Below the pieces are notes generated by a model. It did not search any database and was not told where the DNA came from. It worked only from the letters and a program-made list of their open reading frames with translations. A DNA stretch of 60,013 nucleotides, counting the filler. It is 9 parts of 9 records of this genome, joined end to end, with 100 filler letters (N's around TTAATTAATTAA, not from the genome) between each part and the next. Parts side by side here need not be neighbours in the genome. Positions count along the whole stretch, not along the records: positions 37,360 to 45,015 come from SRR31147125_50754; positions 45,116 to 53,511 come from SRR31147125_50816; positions 53,612 to 60,013 come from SRR31147125_50902; 6 more parts are not named here. One strand, written 5' to 3'. Both the position numbers and the translations under genes were made by a program. Shown piece after piece: positions 42,113 through 54,410 of the stretch (the first letter of the stretch is position 1; every line of letters starts with the position of its first letter).

Positions 42113-43188
42113 CTAATTTGTTTTAAACTCCTGGCGAAGAATATTTAAATAATTTTCGCCATAGCTTTCAGAGGCCTCCACTTGAGTATCACGATTCCAG
42201 TCGTTGAAAGAATCGACAAGAACAAGTTTATTGTCTCCTGCAACTTTCCTGGCAATGTTACAATTTCCCGAAAACCATGCTTCATCTTTTTCGATAATGA
42301 TATTGTTACTTCCAGGCGTATTGATTTTAGGGTTGAAAGATGGAGAAATGGTAGGAATATATTCAATACCAATTTCAGCAAATGTTTCTTGATGATAAGT
42401 CCATGCCTGGTCGATTAACTTGTGAAACTGATTATATCTGTCCCACCAGCTTATATTAATGTTGGCGTAAGTAGCATGGGTAACTGCATCAACTCCATCC
42501 TGAAACCTAAAATCGTAACGCAAAGTTGGAGTCCACTCGTTTTGATAACCAATTAGGTATAACTCAACTCCCAACGACGACATTTGGGTGCGTAATTGTT
42601 GATAGAGTGCAGCGTTATCGTTTGCATGCAGGTTATGACTGTTGGGTAAATACACCACTGCTTTTCCATCAACTTTCATGTAATTAGACATCTGAAAATA
42701 AGGCATCATCAACTCAAAATCTTCCAGAAATGCAGGCACTAGTCCAGCGTCTTCAATTCGATTATTGTCATTCAAATTCATTGAGCTAAAATTGTAAGAA
42801 AGGGCAAACTGCATTTCCGAAGCATTTGAAGCCATCAATAAAGTATCGATAAAGGTTGAGTCGGCTCTATACTGAGTCATATTGTATGTCGACCTTAATG
42901 TGAACAGGAAATAATCTATTCCTGCAGTTTGGGCTTGCTGCACATGTTGTGCATAAGCTTCAGGATCACCTTCTCAGGTTCTTTAACAGGAACTCTTGGA
43001 GTTTCGGTTACGGCATCCTTTATTTCAAGATTTGCATAATGCGCGCCAACAACATAATCGGTTTCCACAGGAACAATTTCAATGTCGTAGTCCATAAAAT
43101 GGTCGTCTACAACAATTGCGTCATCTTCAACACACGAAAATGCTGCTATTCCGATTAGAAGTAATAATATATAATTTTTAATCTTCAT
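42113..43188 (-). CDS. GH99-like domain lipoprotein (frameshift near 42970)
   Basis: Lipobox FSC, VVGAHY, AQTAGIDYF, SFNDWNRDTQVE, YGENYL. Confidence 0.7.
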
Positions 43189-43230
43189 TTCATTTGTTTT
43201 TTAACGTTATTTGAATTCATTCCTAAGCTG

Positions 43231-44976
43231 TTATTCAGAATCCAATTCTTCGATAATTTCATATTCAACACCGGCAGCAATTAAATCATCCACCGCGTTT
43301 CCATACCAATGCGAAACAAAATCCCAGTTATATTCCGCAGGTAAGGTTGTCAAGTCAACATCTTCCAATGGTTTATTCATTTGTAACGTGGAAGTCATAT
43401 TATTTCCTCCCAATGCAGTTACAGCAGCCTGGTAACCATCGTAATTTATAGCCTCTTCGGTAAGTGGATAAATCATTCTTTCGGGTAGAACCGTGTAGCT
43501 GTACGCTCCGGTCCAGTCTTCAGCTAAACGTGGAGCTAGTGGCAATAAACGTGTTCGCTTGCGTAAACAATAGGCATCGTGACCATGATGATAGCCGTTA
43601 ATCCAACGCTGGCGTACAATCTTATCCATTGGGTCAGCGGTAATTCCACTTGTATTAATACCCCACAAGTTACGGTCGCCCTCGCTTGTGGTTCCCCACT
43701 TAATACCATCTTGCGCTTTGTACTCTGTGGCACCTTGCACTCCAAAATGTTCGAACGAGGCGTCGATGCCCGCGTAGTAATATTCTTCTGCACTTTGCGA
43801 ACCTCCCCAGCCTTTTAATTGTGCTTCGGCTTTCATCAGGTTCATTTCGGCATTGGTAATAATGTAATACTTCATGTCCATTTCGAAAAACTGCTCCCCC
43901 GGACGAGAATAATCTTCATTAGAATAACCGTTTAAAGGATTATCATTTCCATCTAAATCCCACTCTGTTAAACCACCGCCGCCACCACGCAGGGTATTAC
44001 CTACGTAAGGAATGTTGTAACTAACAATTACTGTGTCGGTTGTTGATCCCTCCGCAAACATGGTATCAAGAATAAGAAACGGAGCAGTTGCTTCCTGAAC
44101 CAAAACGGGCAATCGAGGGTCGTTATAGGTTTTTAGGTTCAGCAAAAAATGATGATTAACCATTGGATAAGTTGACTGACCTATATCGCTAAAAATATAG
44201 CGGTAATAATTGAACGACCAATTATCCTGCTCGGTTCCCCACTGCATGTAGATATTTTCACCGTTGGAAGAAACCAAAGCACTTTCGTTCGACATAGCTG
44301 CAGTTCCGTGTTCTTGTGCCAATTGAGGAAAACCAGTAGAAATACGCAAGGCAATTTTTAGACGCAGCGAGTTGGCAAACTTAATCCACATAGTGTTATT
44401 GCCATCAAAGATTGGGTCGGCAGCAAGTTCATCGCCTGCAGGATCGATACCTTCACCTGCTTCTTTCAGCATAGTAAGTATAGCTGTGTAAATTTCCTCT
44501 TCGCTATCGTATTTCATGGTTGTAGCTTCAGCCAAAGCTTCGTTCATTGGTACTCCTCCGAAGGTTGAAACCATGATAGAGTACACATAACTTTTCCAAA
44601 TTTTTGCAATATGAACACGATTGGTATACTCAGGATTATCGCTATAATTGTCAATAATCTCTTGCGTATTCTTTAAAATGCTTACATAAAAAGAATTCCA
44701 ACGACTGGAAACTCCCGATTCGGTATAATAATACGTGGCAAACTGACCACCTTTACCTCCACCATAGCTGGCATATTGCAGGTACATGTCATCGTTCATG
44801 GTTCCGCCAACCAAATCAAGCGTGTTAATTACAATTCCTGCAAAAAGATTTTCCGGCGATGCCTCGTTGAAGCTATTCGGATCTTGATTTAATTCTTCAA
44901 AGTCTTTGGTACACGAAATCGCTCCAATCAACCCAAAGACAAGAATTAGCTTAGATATATTTTGTATTATTTTCAT
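43231..44976 (-). CDS. SusD/RagB-family outer membrane lipoprotein
   Basis: ISCTKDFEELNQDPN, WIKFANSLRLKIALR, DPRL, PERMIYP. Confidence 0.93.
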   Translation of the reverse strand: MKIIQNISKLILVFGLIGAISCTKDFEELNQDPNSFNEASPENLFAGIVINTLDLVGGTMNDDMYLQYASYGGGKGGQFATYYYTESGVSSRWNSFYVSILKNTQEIIDNYSDNPEYTNRVHIAKIWKSYVYSIMVSTFGGVPMNEALAEATTMKYDSEEEIYTAILTMLKEAGEGIDPAGDELAADPIFDGNNTMWIKFANSLRLKIALRISTGFPQLAQEHGTAAMSNESALVSSNGENIYMQWGTEQDNWSFNYYRYIFSDIGQSTYPMVNHHFLLNLKTYNDPRLPVLVQEATAPFLILDTMFAEGSTTDTVIVSYNIPYVGNTLRGGGGGLTEWDLDGNDNPLNGYSNEDYSRPGEQFFEMDMKYYIITNAEMNLMKAEAQLKGWGGSQSAEEYYYAGIDASFEHFGVQGATEYKAQDGIKWGTTSEGDRNLWGINTSGITADPMDKIVRQRWINGYHHGHDAYCLRKRTRLLPLAPRLAEDWTGAYSYTVLPERMIYPLTEEAINYDGYQAAVTALGGNNMTSTLQMNKPLEDVDLTTLPAEYNWDFVSHWYGNAVDDLIAAGVEYEIIEELDSE

Positions 44977-45015
44977 ATGATTAAAATTGTTTATTTATAA
45001 GGTATCATATGGAAC

Positions 45016-45115
45016 NNNNNNNNNNNNNNNNNNNNNNNNNNNNNNNNNNNNNNNNNNNNTTAATTAATTAANNNNNNNNNNNNNNNNNNNNNNNNNNNNN
45101 NNNNNNNNNNNNNNN
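45016..45115. other. Artificial contig spacer
   Basis: N run with TTAATTAATTAA. Confidence 0.99.
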
Positions 45116-45279
45116 TTTTTTTATCTGATCAACTTGACATGAACCTTTTTTAATACTCAAGATATGCCGGCATATCACACTATAATTGCTTTATAATATC
45201 ATGAAACTCTTTGGTTAGAACCTGTTTTTTCTTTTTAAAAAGATATTCCATTTTGCTTATATCACGCTGTTATAAAAAA

Positions 45280-45311
45280 GGTGTCATTACCTAAACTCCG
45301 GTAATGACACC
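45280..45311 (-). terminator. Rho-independent terminator
   Basis: GGTGTCATTACC/GGTAATGACACC 12-bp stem with a U tract on the minus strand. Confidence 0.85.
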
Positions 45312-45330
45312 CTTGATTCCATAAATACTT

Positions 45331-46044
45331 TTACACTTTTTCCTCATTTTTGACATTCAAGTCGGGTAGAGGTGTTAAATCATTTGTATGATATTTTTTG
45401 ACAATTTCGGCAGGCACAATGGCACCACCTGATATAACCAGCTTTAAAGCTTCTTCTACTGAAATTTCTAAAATGGTAACATCCCTTTTGGGGACAAATA
45501 GCAGGAATCCGGATGTTGGATTTGGTGTGGTTGGTAAAAAAATACTGTAAACATCATTTTTTAATTTAGTCTGTACAACGCCCCTCGTATCCTGGGTGAT
45601 GAATCCAATTGAATAAATTCCTTTTCTCGGGTATTCAAAAAGTGCCGCTTTTTTGAAAACCTCACTGCGGTCAACCAGAAATGCTTCGCTTATTTGCTGA
45701 AAGGTGGTATAGATATGACGCACGACAGGAATACGGCTGAGAAGCATCTCACTGGTTTTAATTAACTTTCGTCCAAAATAATTTCTCGCGATAAATCCTA
45801 CCAATATAATCAATAACAATAATGCGAGTAAGCCAAGACCGGGTATGGAACGAAACTTGGGTGGCATTCCCAAACTACGAAATATAAAGGTGGTGACAGG
45901 TTCATTAAGTAAACCGTCAATTCCAACAAATAGCTGCCAAACCACATAAACAGTAAGTGCCAGAGGTATCAAAACTAACAAGCCGGCAGCAAAATGGCCG
46001 CGTATCTTCCTGCCAAGTAACGATTTCGTTTTACGAGCATGCAT
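45331..46044 (-). CDS. DUF502 membrane protein
   Basis: FAAGLLVLIPLALT, RIPVVRHIY, EYPRKG, PTTPNPTSGFL. Confidence 0.93.
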   Translation of the reverse strand: MHARKTKSLLGRKIRGHFAAGLLVLIPLALTVYVVWQLFVGIDGLLNEPVTTFIFRSLGMPPKFRSIPGLGLLALLLLIILVGFIARNYFGRKLIKTSEMLLSRIPVVRHIYTTFQQISEAFLVDRSEVFKKAALFEYPRKGIYSIGFITQDTRGVVQTKLKNDVYSIFLPTTPNPTSGFLLFVPKRDVTILEISVEEALKLVISGGAIVPAEIVKKYHTNDLTPLPDLNVKNEEKV

Positions 46045-46116
46045 AATAAAAGCTAGTTTCCAGTTCCTTTAAAATTTGAAAAACCAAATAGATCCTGAAT
46101 TTCAATGAATCGACAG

Positions 46117-46442
46117 CTACTCCTTAACTTTGATGATTATTTCATCCTTTTTGCCCATCATATATTTTTCCCGCGCTTCCTTCTCTATGCGTGCGAGATC
46201 GTTCTCAAGCCTGTCCTCTTCCTCATTTAACCATTCCTGCTTTTTAGTCTGATATTGAATCTCCTTTTGAGATTGCGCCCCTCTTGCCATAACTTTACCT
46301 GAGCATAAAAACCGGAATGCCCTCCAACAAAAATATATAATAACACCAAACAGACACCAATCCAAAGCCACTTTCTTGAAATAGGTATATTATTAAGAAA
46401 CTTGAATGGCTTTATTCGCTTATTTACTGTCTGTCTCCCCAT
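46117..46442 (-). CDS. ftsB: Septum formation initiator FtsB/DivIC (frameshift at A run about 46265)
   Basis: Follows eno; TM, coiled coil and IEKEAREKYMMGKKDE; one added A joins the two ORFs. Confidence 0.82.
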
Positions 46443-46485
46443 ACAAAAGACCCTTTTATCTGGTTCGTTCTTAAATAAATTGAAA

Positions 46486-46518
46486 ATACCTCAAGGCTAT
46501 TTTTAAGCCTTGAGGTAT
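46486..46518 (-). terminator. Hairpin after eno
   Basis: ATACCTCAAGGCT/AGCCTTGAGGTAT 13-bp stem followed by UUUU on the minus strand. Confidence 0.8.
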
Positions 46519-46526
46519 AATAACAA

Positions 46527-47843
<1,317 letters not shown>

Positions 47844-48019
47844 TTACTGCATTCATTTGTATTAATCATTTTATGGACCCATCTGTTTACAGGTCATATA
47901 TAAAGTTACTTATAATTTATCTCTATAGAACCTTATATTTCTTTTTAATATCAAACAAGTGCTTTCACTTATATAATTCACAATATGTAATATAATAATT
48001 TTTTTAAATCTTTACAATA

Positions 48020-49524
48020 TTAGGAAATAAAATACCAGCCTAAAGCAGACAGTACAACACCGCTCAGAGCAGCAAAACCATTCACGACATCATTATTTAT
48101 CCAGTGATAGCCATGTATAAACTCGGTCGGTGCATCCTCACAATGGATTAATTTTTCAGTCAATTTCCCACATACTGTGCACCGGTATTGTGCCTGAATT
48201 GTTGCGCCCAAAAAACTATCTACAAGGCTGCCGACAAATCCTGCAAAAAGCACAATAATAAATTCAGAAACACCGATAATTCGTGGCGATGAATGCGGGC
48301 TAAACAGAACTCCGACACCCGCCAGAACAAGAGATCCCATTACAGAACCGATCGTGCCCGCTATGGATAAACCTCCGGAAGTTCCTACAGGCACGGATTG
48401 AAACGTTAAAATGGACCTGGGAGTCCCCTTTGATAATACACCAATCTCGGTGCCCCATGTATCTGCCGTCACAGCAGCTAACGCACCCAGATATAGAATA
48501 TACCAAACATCCAGGGGATAAAAATACCAGAGTAATACAAATATACCGGCAACACCTCCATTGGCCAAAACCTGCCAGACATCTCTGCAGCCTGTTTTTT
48601 CAATAACCGAAGCGAGTAGTCGCTTTTGTTTTTTCCCGATTTTAGACAACAAACTGGACAGCACAAAAAACATCAATATCGGAACACTGAAAGTCCATCC
48701 GCCAATCCCAAAAATTATAGACCCAAGTAAAAAAACAGACACAGCCCCACTGGCACTTAAAAACCGCAGCCGGAAAGAAACATATGCAACAAGAATAGCC
48801 AGAACCATTCCAACAGAAAAAAAGAGTCTATCCTGAAAAGGAGAATTTATCATATAATACATGACAAAGGCAACTCCCAAAGGAACCGTCAGATTATCAG
48901 ATCCCTTTATGGATAGAATCTCAAAACTGGTTGCAAATAGTGCAACAATGACAGCAATCCATAATATGGCGGTGACATCAAATTGGCTTGTATCTGTAAT
49001 GGTAAACAAAAAAATACATAACACAACAAGCGCAAAGGAAGCTAAAAACATGACAAGTGAGCCTTGCAAAGACTTTTTTCAAAACCCAGATTAATTAAAA
49101 CCGGACGTCTCGAACGCTCTCCTACAATAGCGGCAAAAGCATCAGCCAGCGCCATGATTAACATAGAAGTGACAAAAATCACATGATTATTATTCCAAAC
49201 GAACACAACCAGTAAGGTGAAAGATATTGGAAAAAATACGGTACCATATGACTGGCGTTCCTGACTATGCATTCCTTCTAATTTCCCACATCGCAGAGCA
49301 AAATAAACCAAAAGAGTAAAAATGATTCCAAGCCCAACCATAGGCCATATTGATTGAAATAAAAAAGGTGCAAATGCCGCTAACACGCCGACGCCGATAT
49401 GAACCAGCTTTCTACTGGTCTCAGCTGACAATTTTTCAAAACGACGTAGAATCTCTGCTGCCAGCACGGCTAAAGTTAATGCTGCAAAAAACAAAATAAA
49501 ACTAATAAAGTCAGAATGAATCAT
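48020..49524 (-). CDS. Phytol/dolichol kinase-like domain fused to DUF92 (TMEM19-like); frameshift at A run about 49074-49079
   Basis: RKLVHI, DAFAAIVG, KSLQGS, GSDNLTVP, then RDVWQVLANG, ADTWGTEIG, GTSGGLS, DSFLGATIQ, NDVVN. Confidence 0.85.
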
Positions 49525-49592
49525 CGATTCTCTACATAATAAGGGATATTCAATATATTGACATTTTTTATTATACTGCACCTATTCAGACA

Positions 49593-49905
49593 TTATCCCC
49601 AAGTTATCCACATTTTTCTTTAGCCTAAATTGTTGACAAAATCACTCCATTTATTTGGGATTTTATTTAGTTAAAGCTAAAAAATTGCACTTAGGGATTT
49701 TGAATTTCTATTCAATCGCCTCACAAAGCGGCAACAGCTTCTATTGTATTGTTTTTCCTATTCTTACGCTCTTCTTAAAAAACAACAATTTAACTTATTT
49801 TGAAACACGCTTTATCTACTCTTTTAGCACAACAACACTCTTTTCAGATCCAACACCACCAAGCTCAGAGAAAAAACTATTGAACTTTTTAACAAGTTAT
49901 CCACA
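49593..49905. promoter_or_regulatory. DnaA-box cluster (candidate oriC)
   Basis: TTATCCACA at 49604 and 49897, each preceded 2 nt upstream by a near-box (TTATCCCCA 49593, TTTTTAACA 49886); AT-rich intergenic region. Confidence 0.6.
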
Positions 49906-49948
49906 TATGATTTGAAAATCTGTGTACTACTTGCCACACCATATTACA

Positions 49949-50917
49949 TTAGGCGGACTGTTTTAAAAAATAGTCAATCACTTTTTGCAATATTTCATCA
50001 AGCTGAACCTGTGGTTCGTAACCAATCAGTTTTTTTGCTTTACTCAATTCAGGAACCCGGATCCGCATATCTTCAAAACCTTTTTCATAGGCTTCATTAT
50101 ATGGGACATAAATTATTTCAGATGATGATTTGGTCATTTCTATAATTTTTTCAGCCAGCTCCGCTATAGTAATGCCTTTATTATTTCCAATATTCACGAC
50201 CTCACCGACTGCTTCAGATGTATCCATGAGTTTTATGCAGGCGTTAACTACATCATCAACAAATGTAAAGCAACGAACCTGCTGCCCGTCTCCATATACG
50301 GTTAAGGATTCTCCGGCCAGCGCCTGCCGGACAAATCGGGGAATGACCATACCATAAGTTCCGGTCTGTCGTGGTCCAACAGTATTGAAAAGTCTCATGA
50401 TCACTGTTTCAAGTTTCTTTTCCTTATGATATGCCAGAGCCAGAAACTCATCGATTGCTTTTGAACTGGAATAGCTCCATCGACTTTTGGTCGTTGGACC
50501 TAAAACCCGGTCATCTTCCTCCCGAAATGGGATCGCTTCACTTTTCCCATAAATTTCAGAAGTCGACGTGATTAATACTTTTCGCAAATACCTGTTGGCC
50601 AGGCGTAATACCACATCCGTTCCGAGGATGTTGCGCTCAATCGTCTCCACCGGACTTTTAACAATTAATTCCACACCCACTGCTGCGGCAAGATGATATA
50701 TAACATCACATTCGCTAATTAAACGATCCATAACAGTTTCATTTAATATGGTCTCTACTGCCAGATGAAATCGGGAGTGGCCCTGCAAATGAGCAACATT
50801 TTGCAACTGGCCTGTTGATAAATCATCTATTACCCAAACTTCATCTCCACGTTCCAATAATCGTTCTGCAAGGTGAGATCCTATAAATCCGGCACCACCG
50901 GTTATTAATGCTTTCAA
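49949..50917 (-). CDS. NAD-dependent nucleotide-sugar epimerase/dehydratase
   Basis: TGGAGFIGSH, STSEIYG, YSSSK, RLFNTVGPRQ. Confidence 0.95.
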   Translation of the reverse strand: MKALITGGAGFIGSHLAERLLERGDEVWVIDDLSTGQLQNVAHLQGHSRFHLAVETILNETVMDRLISECDVIYHLAAAVGVELIVKSPVETIERNILGTDVVLRLANRYLRKVLITSTSEIYGKSEAIPFREEDDRVLGPTTKSRWSYSSSKAIDEFLALAYHKEKKLETVIMRLFNTVGPRQTGTYGMVIPRFVRQALAGESLTVYGDGQQVRCFTFVDDVVNACIKLMDTSEAVGEVVNIGNNKGITIAELAEKIIEMTKSSSEIIYVPYNEAYEKGFEDMRIRVPELSKAKKLIGYEPQVQLDEILQKVIDYFLKQSA

Positions 50918-50970
50918 AACTACCTCTTTATTTTATGAATTATAATTAAAAGCGTAAATGGTAAAATATA

Positions 50971-52065
50971 CTATTGTTTATTTTGACGTCCCACAATAAT
51001 TAATGTGGTTAACAGAGTGTAAATCGTTACTGCCTGTAAAAGAACTAAAAAACTTGCCTCCACAGACAAATAAGGAAGTAATACAGCCACAATACCAACA
51101 CAAAAACTGACAAGATATATAAAAACGACAGTGCTGCGATGGCTCATTCCAAGATCCAAAAGACGGTGTGAAAAATGCCTTTTATCACCTACGAACAATG
51201 GCCTTCCTTCCCGCCATCTAATGAACATAACAGAGAATGTATCATATAAAGGTATACTCAAGATCAGGATTGGCACTACAATCGGAATCATTGAGGCACT
51301 GTCTTGTACTACATAAGAGCCTGTTACAGTGAGTGTACCAAATATATATCCAAGAAACAAACTGCCACTATCCCCCATAAAAAGCCTGGAAGGATGAAAA
51401 TTGTAATATAAAAAACCTAAGCAGGCACCGGCTAATGCAGCAAGCATAAAAGCAAAAAAGACCTGCCCCTGTAATACGGCAAGGATAAAAAAGATTGCTG
51501 AAGAAATAATTGCAACACCGGATGTAAGTCCATCAAGATTATCCAGCAGGTTAAAACTATTTGTTATACCTACAATCCACAGCGTTGTCATAATAATATC
51601 CAGGCTCTTCCCGGGCATAAACTCGGTCCGGATCCCACACAGCGCAACAAGAAGAATAATGACAAACTGAGCGGTGAATTTCGATTTGTAGGTAAGTTTA
51701 TTTTTAAATATATCATCCACTAGCCCGACCATGTGAATGAGAAATCCGCCCCCTAATATCAAAGCCAGCTTTGGTAATACAGAATAAACAAGCGGGAAAA
51801 TCTGCACCATTCCCGGAAATGTTTCTTGTATCCAGGGCGTATTTTGTAACAGATGAAATCCAAACAAATTTCCGACAATCACGATAAAAAAACTTGAAAA
51901 AATAGCAACGCCACCCATTAAAGGTTTTACCACTTTATGAACTTTACGATGACCGGGCTTGTCGACGACATCAAATTTTAGCGCGATACGCATGACAATG
52001 GGCACCATAAGAAAAGACAATAGAGATGTTTCAAAAAAGACAAACAGATACAATAAATTTTTCAT
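50971..52065 (-). CDS. WecA/TagO-family undecaprenyl-phosphate GlcNAc-1-phosphate transferase
   Basis: DKPGHRKVH, GLVDD, NSFNLLDNLDG, FMGDSGS, DKRHFSHRL. Confidence 0.93.
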   Translation of the reverse strand: MKNLLYLFVFFETSLLSFLMVPIVMRIALKFDVVDKPGHRKVHKVVKPLMGGVAIFSSFFIVIVGNLFGFHLLQNTPWIQETFPGMVQIFPLVYSVLPKLALILGGGFLIHMVGLVDDIFKNKLTYKSKFTAQFVIILLVALCGIRTEFMPGKSLDIIMTTLWIVGITNSFNLLDNLDGLTSGVAIISSAIFFILAVLQGQVFFAFMLAALAGACLGFLYYNFHPSRLFMGDSGSLFLGYIFGTLTVTGSYVVQDSASMIPIVVPILILSIPLYDTFSVMFIRWREGRPLFVGDKRHFSHRLLDLGMSHRSTVVFIYLVSFCVGIVAVLLPYLSVEASFLVLLQAVTIYTLLTTLIIVGRQNKQ

Positions 52066-52147
52066 ATTTACAATCAGCTTTTTATTTAAATTACGTTAAC
52101 CACAAACCATACATTTCGATTCAACAACGGCCTGAACAAAACGTCTA

Positions 52148-53361
52148 TTACGAGACACATTCCTTTAAAACGCTTTCCAACTCCAGGGCGCCTTTCCTTC
52201 TGGAAAAGTGGTCTTTAACATATTCTCTTCCAGCTTTGCCCATCTTTATTTTCAAGTCATCGGACATCTTTAACCTTAAAATAGCTTCTTTCATTTGCCC
52301 GGTGTTTTCCGGTTCCACAAATATGCCCCCACCCGATTGCTCAAGTACGTTACGCGCTTCTCCATCAACACTGAGAATAACCGGTTTTTCACAAGCCATA
52401 CAATCAAACATCTTTGAAGGCAACGCACCTAAAAACAGTGGACTTTTTTCAAAGGCACCAGACAGCAATCCGCAATGGAAAGGTAATCCGCGATCTTTTC
52501 CCGAGGGATTTCATCGAGTATCGTTAAATTGGTTAAAGATTTATCCGTTTGTATCGATAGCACCTTTTCCTTGACAGGCCCTTCACCTATAAACACAAAA
52601 TGAATGTCCAAATCTTCTTTTAACGACTCAACCAATCCACATAATTGTTCCATACCTTGTGCAATACCGAAAATGCCGGCGTAGACAACGATAAATTTGT
52701 TACCAAGCCCCAGCTCCTTTTTTAATTCATCTCCTTTGTAATAAAAAAGATCGGTATTACTACCATTTCGGATAAGACAGACTTTATCACTATAGCCCCT
52801 TTGTTTCAATGTGTGATAAATACCATTTGTCACAGCGATGATTTTTTTGGCTCTACTATAATAAAGACGCTCAAGCTTTTCTGACCAGCGTATAAATCTC
52901 TTATTGTTTAATTCTCCTAGCTCCACAGCCGATTGTGGCCACAGATCCCGTACCTCAAAAACAAATTTTGCTCTTTTTAGTAAACTCAACCACAAGCCTG
53001 TCACACCGACAAAAAAAGGCGGTGACGTTGCATAAACAACATCAAAAGGTCCGCGCAGAAATGAGCCAATAAGGCTTGAACTGACCATAAAACTCAAATA
53101 AAATGCCATACGGGTAAAAAACGTCTTGTTCGGTGTCGCATACACCCACGTTCTGTAAATATCGATACCATCTCGTTTCTCATGCTCAAATAATCGACGA
53201 CGATACTTTTTCGGTAATATACCCTTGGGATGATTTGGAAACTCGGTCAACATGACAACCTCATGACCATTTCTGACGAGATTTTGAGCCATTTCATAAG
53301 CTCGAGTTTGAGTAGCTCCCACTTCTGGAGGAAAATACTGGCTGATATAGAGAATTCTCAT
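52148..53361 (-). CDS. GT4 glycosyltransferase (WbuB-like); frameshift at A run about 52444-52449
   Basis: QYFPPEVGA, ATSPP, FEVRDLWP; one added A restores PLKKSPLFLGALPSKMF. Confidence 0.92.
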
Positions 53362-53511
53362 AAAAATTATTTTATACTTTTTTTCGTTAACAACATCACT
53401 ACAACTTTAATTTACAAATATAATAAAATTTCAACCATATGCAAGGACAACGCTCAGCCACACCCAGCCACACTAAGCTAAACCTGTTTTCCACGCCACA
53501 TCAACATCCCC

Positions 53512-53611
53512 NNNNNNNNNNNNNNNNNNNNNNNNNNNNNNNNNNNNNNNNNNNNTTAATTAATTAANNNNNNNNNNNNNNNNNNNNNNNNNNNNNNNNN
53601 NNNNNNNNNNN
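53512..53611. other. Artificial contig spacer
   Basis: N run with TTAATTAATTAA. Confidence 0.99.
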
Positions 53612-53614
53612 AAA

Positions 53615-54304
53615 ATGAAAAAGATATTACTTATTGCGCTTGCCATTATTGTCAGCACAAGTCTTCTTTTTTCGCAAACGACGATGAACACCAGCTTAAG
53701 GTCAGCTAACTTTGATGGAAGCCAGACAGGTTATGGTGTTTTACCTTCAACGGATCCATATCTTGGAACCATTACCGTTAACGACGGATTACCTTCTAAC
53801 ATGGTTGACTGGGTACTTGTTGAACTGCGCGCTACAACTAGTGGTGCCACGGTTGCACAAGCAGTCGGTTGCCTTCTTTCAGATGGTACTGTAACGGATA
53901 CAACGGGAACAAGTGGACTTGCATTTACAGGCTTGGAGTCAAGTACTTCATATTATGTCGTCGTGAAACATAGAAACCATCTTGCTGTTATGAGCAATGC
54001 GGCTGTGTCGATTGATGAAGGTAATAGTTCTGTTGAACATGATTTTACAGTTAGCGGCGCCGCTTACGGTGGTAATACCCTGGCTGTGAAACAGGTCGGT
54101 TCTGATTATGCAATGATCGCAGGTGACGGTGATGGTAACGGTCAGGTTCAGACAACTGATAAGAGCAGTACCTGGGTCGGACAAACAGGTCAGTCAGGTT
54201 ACAAGGCCGCTGATTATGATATGAATGGCTTTGTTCAGACCAATGACAAGAGTGCTTTTTACCAAAATAATGTCGGTAAAGCATCACAAGTACCTTCACA
54301 GTAA
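53615..54304 (+). CDS. Secreted protein with Ig-like module and dockerin-like duplicated Ca-binding loops
   Basis: Signal peptide; VDWVLVELR, KHRNHL; repeats GDGDGNGQVQTTDK and ADYDMNGFVQTNDK. Confidence 0.75.
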   Translation: MKKILLIALAIIVSTSLLFSQTTMNTSLRSANFDGSQTGYGVLPSTDPYLGTITVNDGLPSNMVDWVLVELRATTSGATVAQAVGCLLSDGTVTDTTGTSGLAFTGLESSTSYYVVVKHRNHLAVMSNAAVSIDEGNSSVEHDFTVSGAAYGGNTLAVKQVGSDYAMIAGDGDGNGQVQTTDKSSTWVGQTGQSGYKAADYDMNGFVQTNDKSAFYQNNVGKASQVPSQ

Positions 54305-54334
54305 AGGTTAATTGATGTCCCGATTTTAAAAATT

Positions 54335-54358
54335 AAAAGCACTTATATGAGTGCTTTT
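54335..54358 (+). terminator. Hairpin / weak terminator
   Basis: AAAAGCACTT-ATAT-GAGTGCTTTT. Confidence 0.6.
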
Positions 54359-54410
54359 GGTGTATAAGAGAAGATAGGGAAACGAGAGAAGAGAGATGGA
54401 GAAAAATAAA

